Source: Balanoglossus misakiensis (taxonomy: Eukaryota; Animalia; Hemichordata). From it: DNA of 64,000 nucleotides. The translations under genes were made by a program, and so were the position numbers. Positions 13,501 to 26,644 of the stretch are shown piece after piece. The notes beneath the pieces are model-generated. The model searched no databases. It saw nothing but the letters and a program-made list of their open reading frames with translations, and was not told where the DNA came from. Where the stretch lies: assembly GCA_040954595.2 (NCBI GenBank), contig JBECUI020000038.1, positions 62,001 through 126,000 of the forward strand, read 5' to 3'. Within the stretch, counting starts at the first letter, position 1, and each line of letters opens with the position of its first letter.

Positions 13501-16500
13501 CATATGCATTATATTCTAATGTCAATGTGAAGGGCTTGAAACACCATCTATCATGATGCATCATCAAGCTTGCTTCACCATTTTCCCTGATGCAAAAAAT
13601 CAGATTTAGTGTCATGGTAGCATTAGCAAATCCCTATATGCATTTGATACCCATGTCAAAGTGAAGTGTTTGCATCACTATCTACCGTGATGCATCATCA
13701 AGCTTGCATCGCCATTCACCCTTATGCAAAGAATCAGATTCAATGTCACCGTTGCATTAGCAATGTCAAATTACAGTGCTTATGGCCACGTATTAACCTG
13801 AGGATTTACAGTCAACATTAAATACCCATGCATATCCATTAAATACCTATGTCAAAGTGTAGAGCTTGCATCACCATTTACTCTGATGCACCATTAGGCT
13901 TGCTACGCCATTTCCCCTAATGCAAAGAATCACATTCAATGTCACCATTGCATTAGCAATTTTAAATTACAGTGTTTTTGGCCATGTATTAACCTATGGA
14001 TTTGCAATTAACTTTAAATCCCCATATGCGTTATATTCCAATGTCAAGTGAAGGGCTTGAAACACCATCTATCCTGATGCATCATCAAGCTTGCTTCACA
14101 ATTTACCCTGATGCAAAAAATCACATTCAGCGTCACCATTTCATTAGCAATGTCAAATTACAGTGCTTATTGCCACGTATTAACCTGGGAATTTACAGAC
14201 AACTTTAAATACCCATGCATATACATTAAATACCTATGTCAAAGTGCAGAGCTTGCATCACCATCTACTCTGATGCATCATTAGGTTTGCATCGCCATTC
14301 CCCATAATGCAAAGAATCAGATTCAATGTCACCCTTGCATTAGCAATTTTAAATTACAGTGCTTTTGGACATATATTAACCTGGGGATTTACAGTCGACA
14401 TTAAATACCCATGCATATGCATTAAATATCTATGTCAAAGTGCAGAGCTTGCATCACCATCTACTCTGATGTACCATTATGCTTGCTACGCCATTTCCCC
14501 TAATGCAAAGAATGACATTCAATGTCACCATTGCATTTGCAATTTTAAATTACAGTGCTTTTGGCCATGTATTAACCTAGGGATTTTCAATCAACTTTAA
14601 ATCCCCATATGCGTTATATTCCATTGTCAATGTGAAGGGCTTGAAACACCATCTGTCCTGATGCATCATCAAGCTTGCTTCACAATTTACCCCGATGGAA
14701 AGAATCAGATTTAATGTCACGGTAGCATTAGCAATGTCAAACTACAGTGCTTATGGCCACGTATCAACCTGGGGATTTACAATCAACTTTAAATCCCCAT
14801 ATGCGTTATATTCCAATGTCAATGTGAAGGGCTTGAAATACCTTCTACCCTGATGCATCATCAAGTTTGTTTTGACAACTTTAAATCCCCTCAGCATGCA
14901 TTTAATCCTCATGTCAAAGTGCAGAGCTTGCATCACCATCTATCCTGATGCATCATCAAGCTGCTTCGCCATTAACCCTGATGCAAATAATCAGTGTCAC
15001 CATAGCATTAGCAATGGCAAATAAAAGTGCTTTCGGCCACATATTAACCCAGGGATTTATAATCAACTTGAAATCCCCATATGAATTTTATACCTATGTC
15101 AAAGCGAAGTGCTTGCATCAATATCTACCATGATGCATCATCAAGCTTGCTTCGCCATTTGCCCTAATGCAAAGAATCAGATTCAATGTCACTGTAGCAT
15201 TAGCAATGTCAAATTACAGTGCTTTTGGCCATACAATCAACTTTAAATCCCCATGTGCGTTATATTCCAATGTCAATGTGAAGGGCTTGAAACACCATCT
15301 ATCATGATACATCATCAAGCTTGCTTCACAATTTACCCTGATGCAAAGAATCAGATTTAGTATCACGGTAGCATTAGCAATGTCAAATTACAGTGCCTAT
15401 GGCCACGTATTAACCTCGGGATTTACGGACAACTTTAAATACCCATGCATATACATTTAATACCTATGTCAAAGTGCAGAGCTTGCATCACCATTTACTC
15501 CGATGCATTATTAAGCTTGCTTCACCATTTTCCCTGATGCAAAGAATCAGATTAAATGTCACCGTTGTATTAGCAATGTCAAATTAAAGTGCTTTTGGAC
15601 TTGTATTAACCTGGGGATTTACAGTCAACTTTTAATCCCCCTGTATACATTTTAAACCCCGGTGTAAAAGTTTAGTGATTGCATCACCATTGACCCTGGT
15701 GCATCATCAAGCATTCTTCAGAATTTGCCCTGATGCAAAGAATCAGATTCAATGTCACCCTTGCATTAGCAATTTTAAATTACAGTGCTTTTGGACATGT
15801 ATTAACCTAGGGATTTACAGTCAACATTAAATACCCATGCACATGCATTAAATACCTATGTCAAAATGCATAGCTTGCATCACCATCTACTCCAATGCAT
15901 CATTAAACTTTAAGCCATTTCCCCTAATGCAAAGAATTACATTCAATGTCACCATTTCATTAGCAATGTCAAACTACAGTGCTTTTGGGTGCGTATTAAC
16001 CCAGGGATTTGTAATCAACTTGAAATCCCCATATGCATTTAATACCCATGTCAGAGTGAACTGTTTGCATCACTATCTACCGTGATGCATCATCAAGCCT
16101 GTATCGCCATTTACCCTGATGCATAGAATCAGATTCAATGTCACCATTTCATTAGCAATGTCAAACTACAGTGCTTTTGGGTGCGTATTAACCCAGGGAT
16201 TTGTAATCAACTTGAAATCCCCATATGCATTTAATACCCATGTCAGAGTGAACTGTTTGCATCACTATCTACCGTGATGCATCATCAAGCCTGTATCGCC
16301 ATTTACCCTGATGCATAGAATCAGATTCAATGTCACCGTTGCATTAGCAATGTCAAATAAAAGTGCTTTTGGCCATGTATTAACCTAGGGATTTACAATC
16401 AACTTTAAATCCCCATATGCATTATATTCAAAAGTCAATGTGAAGGGCTTCAAACACCATCTATCCTGATGCATCATCACGTTTGCTTCACCATTTATCC

Positions 16501-17212
16501 ATATTCAATGTCACGCTTGCATTAGTAATTTTAAATTACAGTGCTTTTGGCCATGTATTAACCTCGGGATTTAGAGTCAACTTTAAATATCAATGCGCAT
16601 GCATTAAATACCCATGTCAAAGTGAAGTGTTTGCATCACTATCTACCGGGATGCATCATCAAGCTTGCATCGCCATTTACCCTGATGCAAAGAATCAGAT
16701 TCAATATCATCGTTGCATTAGCAATGTCAAATTACAGTGCTTATGGCCACGTATTAACCTGAGGATATACAATCAACTTTAAATCCCCATATGCGTTATA
16801 TTCCAATGTCAATGTGAAGGGCTTGAAACACCATCTATCATGATGCATCATCAAGCTTGCTTCACAATTTACCCTGATGCAAGAATCAGATTTAGTGTCA
16901 CGGTAGCATTAGCAATGTCAAATTACAGTGCTTTTGGCCACGTATTAACCTGGGGATTTACAGTCAACATTAAATACCCATGCACATGCATTAAATACCT
17001 ATGTCAAAGTGAAGTGTTTGCATCACTATCTACCTGGCTGCATCATCAAGCTTGCATCGCCATTCCCCCTAATGCAAAGAATCAGATTCAATGTCATCGT
17101 TGCATTAGCAATGTCAAATAAAATTGCTTTTGGACACGTATTAACCCAGGGATTTCAGTCAACTTTTAGTATCCCTGTATGCATTTTAAACCCCGGTGTC
17201 AACGTTTAGTGA
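1585..17212. repeat. Satellite array, ~192-bp monomer, ~80 copies, several monomer variants and higher-order repeats
   Basis: gcattagcaatgtcaaattacagtgcttttggcc...ccctgatgcatcatcaag recurs at ~191-192-bp spacing (e.g. 2163 to 2355). Near-identical short ORFs recur at 4129/8638, 6255/12632, 7810/13996 and 10409/10783/16483. Confidence 0.97.
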
Positions 17213-17283
17213 TTAACTTCTTTGCTATTTAAACATTACATTTTGAGTAAAAGGGGTGAAATGGGATTAAAGTTTATAGTGAC

Positions 17284-17367
17284 ATATCGAAAAGAATCTA
17301 TTTGAATTCGTTCATTTCTGAAATCATATCGAAAAGAATCTATTTCAATTCGTTCATATCTGAAATA
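17284..17367. repeat. 42-bp tandem duplication
   Basis: atatcgaaaagaatctattt(g/c)aattcgttcat(t/a)tctgaaat present twice. Confidence 0.85.
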
Positions 17368-17560
17368 TGATAATACGAATATGCATGTTTTATTCGCCAT
17401 ATATGAACACCAATGAAAAGTTATGTTTCCAGCTTAGGTATCGGTGGATTTGAACCACCTGACATCAGAAGACGCCTCCAGAATACCTTTAAATTGGTTG
17501 CATAATTTTCATGTGAATGTTCATAATATAGCGAGTGATTAATCCCTAATTTATTGTTTT

Positions 17561-17592
17561 GGGGGGGGGGGGGTGGGGGTGGGGGGGGGGGA
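17561..17592 (+). repeat. Poly-G tract (potential G-quadruplex)
   Basis: ~30 G interrupted by two T. Confidence 0.85.
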
Positions 17593-18813
17593 GTTCAAGT
17601 AGCATATCTTGCAGGCCAATTTGAAACAATGTGTCATGTGGTTAAACTGAAAGAAATTAACCAATATAGTTTCAGCTCTTTTTGAAACAAGGTGTCATTT
17701 GGTTGAACAATGGGCCAGTCAAAATAGCATCTGCTAATTATGCACACAATAGTGTGATGGGTTAGTGGGTTAAGTTTACTTTTACCTTAGCGTTATATAA
17801 CACACTATCGTGTACATAATCTCGCAGAGCTCATTCACAATTGTTTTAAAATAAAGCAAGATAACTACATGTATGATAACACACATCTAATTTACGCGCC
17901 TAAAGGGCAGTTAAAAAACCTCATACCAATTACAAAAGAGGGAAAAAAAAACTGTCCTCTCCTCCTCTCACCCCATGATCTAAGCTAAATTTGGAATTTG
18001 GATGGGGTGGGGAGGTTAAGCTAACCTAACATTGTGCTAACATTTTCTGCCTGTCTGTCGCGTACAATGTGTCGATGCGCGAATACAATCACGGGTACCG
18101 TTGCGAGAAATTCCACCGAATAACGATGCTGACGAGTATTATCTATCTGAGAAATAATAGCATGTTATTCATAAAATATACACATTAACCAATGAATGAA
18201 CCAACATGATTATTAGACCTTGGACACTTATTTAACATTTTATCATTATTATACCTCTGTCATCATCATCAATATTAACACCCTTTTTATACTTAATATC
18301 ACCATAAGCCATCACCACAATTATTAATCGTTATTATACCCTTGCACAATTGTTACCCTTATTAAACCCGACACAGTTATTACTATTATTATACCCTTCT
18401 CATTCATATACCCATTATAACCTGTGTACACAAGCCATCATCATATTATAAACCCGTTATACCTTTATACCACATTTGTTACCCTAATATTATTCCCTTC
18501 ATACAAGCAACCGTTGTTACCCCTTTATAACCTGTGTACACTCAAATTTTACCATAAAACCATCATCACATTTGTAACCCTTTTATTAAACCAAATTCAA
18601 ATTTGTTCACCGTTATTATACCATACACATTTCGGAACCTATTATCATACCCTGCACAAAGCCATTGCTGTTAACCTAATTTTAAAACAAGTAATCACTA
18701 CCAATTATTAACCCGATTTATTGGACTATTAAGTTTTATATTACGATCACCTCGTTTTGTACGTCTATATTACTCTATCTTATAATTTTGGTCAATAGGA
18801 TATTATGTTGAAA

Positions 18814-19420
18814 CTCCACTTCTCCATTCTTCCACTTCTCCATCCTTTAGGTTGACGCTCCATCCATCCATCCATCAAAGTTTATATTAGTAGGTTGACT
18901 ATGGTTGACTCTCCGCTCCATCCTCCCATCAAATTTTACGTTAGTTGGTTGATTATGGTGTTACCAGTGTGCCCTACAGGAAAGAAAAAGAGGAAAAAAC
19001 AGAGAAAAAACTCCACTTCTCCATCCTTCCACTTCTCCATCCTTTAAGTTGACGCTCCGCGGCACCATCCATCCATCAAAGTTTATATTTTAGTAAGTTG
19101 ACTATGGTTGACGCTCCGCTCCATCCATCCATCAAAGTTTATATTAGTAGGTTGACTATGGTTGACGCTCCGCTCCATTCATCCATCAAAGTTTATATTA
19201 GTAGGTTGACTATGGTTGACGCTCCCCTCCATCCATCCATCAAAGTTTATATTAGTAGGTTGACTATGGTTGACACTCCGCTCCATCCATCCATCAAATT
19301 TTACGTTAGTAGGTTGATTATGGTGTTACCATTGGGGCCTACAGGGAAAAAAAGAAAAAAAAGAGAAAAGAAGAGAAAAAAAGAAAGAAAGAAAGAAAGA
19401 GAGAGAGAAGGAGAAGAGTA
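18814..19420. repeat. 54-bp minisatellite within a duplicated block, followed by an A/G-rich tract
   Basis: Unit gttgactatggttgacgctccgctccatccatccatcaaagtttatattagtag. Block start ctccacttctccat at 18814 and 19011; block end aaattttacgttag...cctacagg near 18931 and 19296. Confidence 0.9.
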
Positions 19421-22134
19421 CCGGTGGGACCTACAAAAAAAAAAGAATGAAAGAATTAAATGCATGAAATCAATGATAATAATAGGATTAATTTGGCAAG
19501 CCAGCCCAACCCAACATACTGCGGGTCAAGGGGTACATATCGTCAATTAATGAAAAAAAAATAAAGTGCAACAAACATTGGCTAGGTCAAAGCAGTTCCT
19601 ATGGATACCAGAGAGTGCCAATGCTGTATCTGCTATGTATATAGGAAAGCAGATCAAAGGTCACCAAGAGCTCACCCAAAATTGTCAACAAATGTTTCTT
19701 CCAAAGTTATCAGTGTAAAATGAAAAACAAGACTTCTGGCTCTATTGGTTAACCTGGTAATTAGGTGTTCCAGCCCTCAAAATTTGAAGGCGTTATCTGC
19801 TGTGCATGCCAAGGCAGGGAAAATAGGTTTAAGGTAACCAAAGCTAACAAAAATGTCAGAAAAAAATGTGATCGCATACTGGTGAATGTTCAAGAAAACC
19901 CAGACTCAAAGCTTCATTATCTAGTCTACAATTACGTAAGCACATATTTATAAGGTTATCATTGGTCAAGAAATTCAGCAAAAAAATTAAGTCCAATAGT
20001 AGAGCATGTTCATAAAAAATTCAACCTGTAACAATATGGGTAAGCTCAGCATTAGATATTCACATATTTAATAAGCTCAACATTGGTCCAGTGGATTCCA
20101 AATGTAACAAAAAAAGCTAAGTCCCATACTTGTCCATATACATCAAAAACCAAACCTCTAGTGCTATTAGTCTAGTCGCCATAAGATATTCAGAAAAGAA
20201 TACAGGTGCCAAACTTAGGACAAAGTTCAATGCCAATATTATCAAAAAATTTGGGTTATGTCCTGGCAGCAGTACTATTCGTGTGAAAAATAAATCATCA
20301 CTGTTTTGCTTTTCAACAAGAGGCATATCCACGAATAATTAAGTTCTGAAAAAAAAATGGATCAAAGTACATGCGAAAGTTGCCAAAAAATGCAACGTAT
20401 TCTGGTCATATGGTGACTCGTATCTATAAAAAGAATTGGTGTGCAATCAAAGTTTTTAATCAGAATTCATAAAATCCAATTTGGCTTCAATAAACTTTAA
20501 TTAAGTTCTGAAAGATCTGGATCAAAAGACAAATGAAAGTTGCCTAAAAATTTGTATTATTAAGTGTTGGAAAAACTGGATTAAAGGACATGTGCAATAT
20601 GCCAAACATGGTAACATATTCTGGTCATATAGTGAGTCATATACATATAAATAATGTTTGTGCTATCAATGAGTAGGCCATAAATAGGAAATCTTAGTTT
20701 TAAATCGTTGTTCAGAAAATCCAATTTGGCTCCAATAAGGTTTAACCAATCACAATTCACTTGAAAACTTGATTAGAAAAAGTGTTTTAATGATATTTTT
20801 CAAAAATCTAATAAGGAATTCTAAGTCACATGACTACTAGCAATATTACAGTCAAACTTTGAACTGCACAGTATATTCGAACTTGATTGTCCCTGTAGTT
20901 TTGGAAAAGAACTGTCATCTTTTAAAGGTTATCAGAAAATCCAATATGGCCACCCTGAAGAAGACAATTAAAGGAACATGCAGCATTACAGGGACCAAAG
21001 CAGTTAGCATGGTTCCAACAGAAAGCAAACTCTGTATCTGTTGTGGATGCTTAGAAATGGTAGGTAAGCCAGAGGTCACGGAAATTTGTGGCAACAAATT
21101 TTGACATCAAACTGATCAGTGTTCAACAAAAAAACAGACTTTTATTCTCAATTGGTTAACTAGAAAAAGCTTATGTACACAACTTTTGTGTTAAAGTTTA
21201 ATACTTTATTAGGTGTTTAAGGCCTAAAAATCTGAATGCTGTATCTGTTGTGCAGGCCAGGTTATGGGAAAGTACATCAAAGGTCATTGCCAAAATTATC
21301 AAAATATTTGGGTTATGTCCTGGCAGCAGTAGTACTCTTTGAACAAAATCATGACTGTTGAGCTTTTTATCAAGAGCCATATCCACATAAAATTAAGTTA
21401 TGGAATTACTGGATCAAAGGACATGCGAGAGTCACCAACAAATTGTTTAATCAAATACTGAAAAAAAACTGGATCAAAGAACATATGAAAGTTGTCAAAA
21501 AATGTAACATATTCTAGTCATATGGTGACTCGTATCCACAGAAAGAATTTGTGTGCTTTCAATGAGTAGGATAAAAAAAGGAATTTTAGCTTTTAATCGG
21601 AGTTCAGAAAATCCAATTTGGCTCTGATAAGGTTAAACCAATCACAATTCACTTGAAAACTTGATTAGAAAAAGATTTTCGTAATTTTTGAATGAGATTT
21701 TTAAAAAATCCAATAAGGCACCAAAAGTCACATGACCACTAATGATATTTTATCAAACTTTCAACCGCACAGTAAATTAGAACTTGATTGGCCCTGTAGT
21801 TTATGAAAATGTCAACCTTTAAAGCTTATTAGAAAATCCAATATGGCCGCCATGAAGAAGACAATTACAACTAAAAGTAGCATTGGAGGGACCAAGGTGT
21901 TAAGCATGGTTCCAACAGAAAGCAGAGGCTGTGTCTGTTGTGGATGCCCAGAAATGGTAAAGTACGCCAGAGGTGAGGCAAAATGTGCCAACAAAATTTG
22001 ATACCAAACTGATCAGTGTCCAACAAAAAGCAGACTTCTACGCTTTATTGGTTAACTTTAAATAGCTCATATACATAATTAGTGTGTTAAAGTTAACACA
22101 TGCACTTCATTAGGTGTTCCAGTCCTCTAAATTT

Positions 22135-23795
22135 ACAAGTGACCTATTGGTCAAATGAGCTCTGCTGACCTTAACAGTGTAACCTGGGCGATGATATGAA
22201 TACCCTAGGTTTTAATTCATAACAATTGTATTCTATTGAACAAAACCAAACATAGACATCACAAGTATTTATCCAAATTCAGCTTGATTCATTGCACTAA
22301 AGAAAGAAAGAATTGAATTCTAAAGAACAACATCAAAAGGAAGTACCAATGTTCTAATTTGCATATTCATGACCCCATCAAAATTCCAATAAAACAAAAT
22401 CAGGTAGGGGCACCATAACACACATTCCTACTAAATTTCAGCGCCATCGTACATGTAGTTAGGGAGAAGAAGATTTTTGACCAACAATTCTATTTTTAGA
22501 TCTAATTTGCATATTTATGACCCCATCATATCCAAATTAGCAAAATCAGGTAGGGGCACCATAACACACATTCCTACTAAATTTCAGCGCCATCGTACAT
22601 GTAGTTAGGGAGAAGAAGATTTTTGACCAAAAATTCTATTTTTAGATCTAATTTGCATATTTATGACCCAATCAAATCCAAATTAACAAAATCAGGTAGG
22701 GACACTATAACACACATTCCTACTAAATTTCAGCTCCATCGTACAAATAGTTAGGGAGAAGAAGATTTTTTACCAAAAATTATATTTTTAGATCTAATTT
22801 ACATATTCATGACCCGATCATATCCAAATTTATAAAATCAAGTACGGGCATCATAACACACATTCCTACCATATTTCAGCTCCATCGTACATGTAGTTAG
22901 GGAGAAGAAAATTTTTGACCAAAAATTATATTTTTAGATCTAATTTGCATATTTATGACCCCATCAAATCCAAATTTACAAAATCAGGTAGGGGCACCAT
23001 AACACACATTCCTACCAAATTTCAGCTCCATTGTACATGTAGTTATGGAGAAGAAGATTTTTTACCAAAATTCTATTTTTAGATCTAATTTGCATATTTA
23101 TGACCCCATCAAATCCAAATTTACAAAATCAGGTAGGGGCACCATAACACACATTCCTGCCAAATTTCAGGTCCATTGCACATGTAGTTGTGGAGAAGAA
23201 GATTTTTACCAAAAGTTCTATTTTTAGATCTAATTTGCATATTCATGACCCCATCAAATCCAAATTAACAAAATCAGTTAAAGGCACCATAACACACATT
23301 CCAACCAAATTTCAGCTAAATATGCCCAGTTGTTTTAAAGAAGAAGATTGAAATACAAAAAGTTGACGGACGACAGACGACTGACGACAGACGACGGACG
23401 ACGGACGGACACTTATCAACCTACTGCTACAGCTCGGCTGACACAAGTGACAGCAGAGCTAAAAATCAGGTAGGGACACCATAACACACATTCCTACCAA
23501 ATTTCAGCTCCATCGTACATGTAGTTAGGGAGAAGAAGATTTTTTTACCAAAAATTTTATTTTTAGATCTAATTTGCATATTCATGACCCGATCAAATCC
23601 AAATTAACAAAATCAGGTAAGGGCACCATAACACACATTCTAACCAAATTTCAGCTAAATATGCCAAGTAGTTTTATAGAAGAAGATTGAAATACCAAAA
23701 GTTGACGGACGACGGATGACGGACGACAGACGACGGACAGACATTTATCAACCTACTGCTACAGCTCGGCTGACACAAGTGACAGCAGAGCTAAT
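22135..23795. mobile_element. Non-autonomous Helentron/HINE (DINE-1-like) element with 146-bp core repeats
   Basis: Splits host tctaaattt|aaaagctgtatc (intact at ~32205) with no TSD. Subterminal inverted repeat agctctgctg (~22158) versus cagcagagct (~23783). About seven 146-bp cores (22445, 22591, 22737...), a (GACG)n microsatellite and a duplicated terminal module. Confidence 0.8.
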
Positions 23796-26644
23796 AAAAG
23801 CTGTATCTGCTGTGCATGCCAAGTTTTGGAAATGTAGATCAAGGGTCATTGCCAAAATTATCAAAATATTTGGGTTATGTCCTGCCAGAGTAGTACTCAT
23901 GTGAACAAAATCATGACTGTTGTGCTTTTTAACAAGAGACATATCAATGTACAATTAAGTTCTGAAAGATCTTGATCAAAGGGAAAATGAAAGTTGCAAA
24001 AAATTGTATAATTAAGTGTTAAAAAAAGGATCAATGGACATGTGAAAGTTGACAAAAAATTTTAACATTCTGGTCTTATGTTGACTCTATCCATAAAAAG
24101 GCTTGGTGTGCTATCATTCAGTAGCCTACAAATAGGAAATTTTAGTTTTTAATCGGAGTTCAGAAAATCCAATTAGGCTTCAATAAGGTTTAACCAATCA
24201 CATTTTACGCGAAAGCGTAATTAAAAAAAGATTTTGGAAATTTTTCATGGGATTTTTCAAAAATCCATAATAAATCCAAATTCACATGAACACTAACAAT
24301 ATTATTTTAAAAAATTGGAACGTACAGTAAATTAGAACTTGATTGGCCTTGTAATTTTTGAAAAAAAATGTCAACTTTTAAAGGTTATCAGAAAATCCAA
24401 TATGGCCACCATGAAGAAGACAATTAAAAGAACATGCAGCATCACAGGGGCCAAAGCAGTTAGCATGGTTCCAACAGAAAGCAAACTCTGTATCTGTTAT
24501 GGATTCTTAGAATGGTAGGTAAGCCAGAGGTCACGGAAATTTGTGCCAACAAATTTTGATATCAAACTGATAAGTGTCCAACAAGAACCAAACTTCTAAG
24601 CTCAATTGGTTAACTTTAAATAGGATTTAAGTAGATCATGGCCAAAATTATCAAAATATTTGGGTTATGTCCAGGCAGCAATAGTACTCATGTGTACAAA
24701 ATCATGACTGTTGTGCTTTTTAACAAGAGACATATCCAAGTAGATCAAGGGTCATGGCCAAAATTATCAAAATATTTGGGTTATGTCCTGGCAGCAATAA
24801 AACTCATGTGAACAAAATCATGACTGTTGTGCTTTTTAACAAGAGACATATCCAAGTAGATCAATGGTCATTGCCAAAATTATCAAAATATTTGGGTTAT
24901 GTCCTGGCAGCAGTAGTACTCTATGAACAAAATCATGACTGTTGAGCTTTTTATCAAGAGCCATATCCACATAAAATTAAGTTATGGAATTACTGGGTCA
25001 AAGGACATGCGAGAGTTGCCAACAAATTGTTTAATCAAGTTTTGAAAAAACTGGATCAAAGGACATGTGAAAGTTGCCAAAAAATGTAACGTATTCTAGT
25101 CATATGGCGACTCGTATCCATAAAATTAATTTGTGTGCTTTCAATGAGTAGGCTAGAAATAGGAAATCTTAGTTTTTAATCAGTGTTCAGAAAAATCCAA
25201 TTTGGCTCCAATAAGGTGACACCAATCACAATTCACTTGAAAACTTGATTAGAAAAAGATGTTCTGTAATTTTTTAATGAGATTTTTAAACAATCCAATT
25301 AGGCACCCAAAGTCACATGACCACTAATGATATTTTTGTCAAACTTTCAACCCTACAGTAAACTAGAATTTGATTTGCCCTGTAGTTTATGAAAATGTCA
25401 ACTTTTAAAGGTTATTAGAAAATCCAATATGGCCACCATGAAGAAGACAATTAGAGCTACAAGCAGCATTGGAGTGGCCAAAGCGGTTAGCATGGTTCCA
25501 ACAGAAAGCAAAGGCTGTATCTGTTGTGGATGCCTAGAAATGGTAAAGTATGCCAGAGGTGATGCAAAATGTGCCAACAAAATTTGATACCAAACTGATC
25601 AATGTCCAACAAAAAGCAGACTTCTACGCTTTATTAGTTAACTTTAAATAGCTTATATACATAATTATTGTGTTAAAGTTAATACATGTACTTCATTAGG
25701 TGTTCCAAGCCTCTAAATTTAAAAGCTGTATCTGCTGTACATGCCAAGTTATGGGAATGTAGATCAAAAGTTACTGCCAAAATTATCAAAATATTTGGGT
25801 TATGTCCTGGCAGCAGTAGTACTCATGTGAACAAAATCACGACTGTTGTGCTTTTTAACAAGAGGCATATCAACGTAGAATTAAGTTCTGAAAGATCTGG
25901 ATCAAAAGACGAATGAAAGTTGCAAAAAAATAGTATAATTAAGTGTTGAAAAAATGGATGAAAGGACATGTGAAAGTTGATAAAAATTGTTTAACATATT
26001 CTGGACTTATGGTGACTCGTATCCATAAAAAGGATTGGTGTGCTATCATTCAGTAGCCTTGAAATAGGAAATTTTAGTTTTTAATCGGAGTTCAGACAAT
26101 CCAATTTGACTTCAATAAGGTTTAACCAATCACAATTCACTTGAAAGCTTGATTAAAAAAGATTTTGGAAATTTTTCATGAGTTTTTGAAAAAATCCATA
26201 ATGAATCCAAATTCACATGACCACTATTAATATAATTGAAAAAAAAATGGAACGGCCAGTAAATTAGAACTTGATTGGCCCTGCAGTTTAGAAAAAAATG
26301 TCCACTTTTAGAGATTATCAGAAAATCCAATATGGCCGCCATGAAGAAGACCCAACTATAAGCAGCATTGGAGTGACCAAAGTGGTTAGCATGGTTCCAA
26401 CAGAAAGCAAAGGCTGTATCTGTTATGGATGCTGAGAAATGGTAAGTAAGCCAGAGGTCAGGCAAATTTGTGCCAACAAATTTTGACATCAAACTGATAA
26501 GTGTCCAACAAGAACCAAACTTCTAAGCTCAATTGGTTAACTTTAAATAGGATAAGTACATAATGATTGTGTTAAAAATTAATACTTCATTAGGTGTTCC
26601 AGTCCTCTAAATTTGAAAGCCGTATCTGCTGTGCATGGCAAGTT

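Noticed and set aside
1717-17209. Dozens of similar His/Cys-rich ORFs suggesting a tandem gene family
   Set aside because: They are translations of the satellite in several frames and both strands, with frequent stops and frame-breaking indels.
17440-17462. tRNA B-box-like GGTTCAAATCC on the minus strand
   Set aside because: No A box or cloverleaf; at most a SINE remnant.
19098-19550. 150-aa ORF with 18-aa repeats and a basic tail
   Set aside because: Product of a 54-bp minisatellite plus an A/G-rich tract; TTG start and no splice support.
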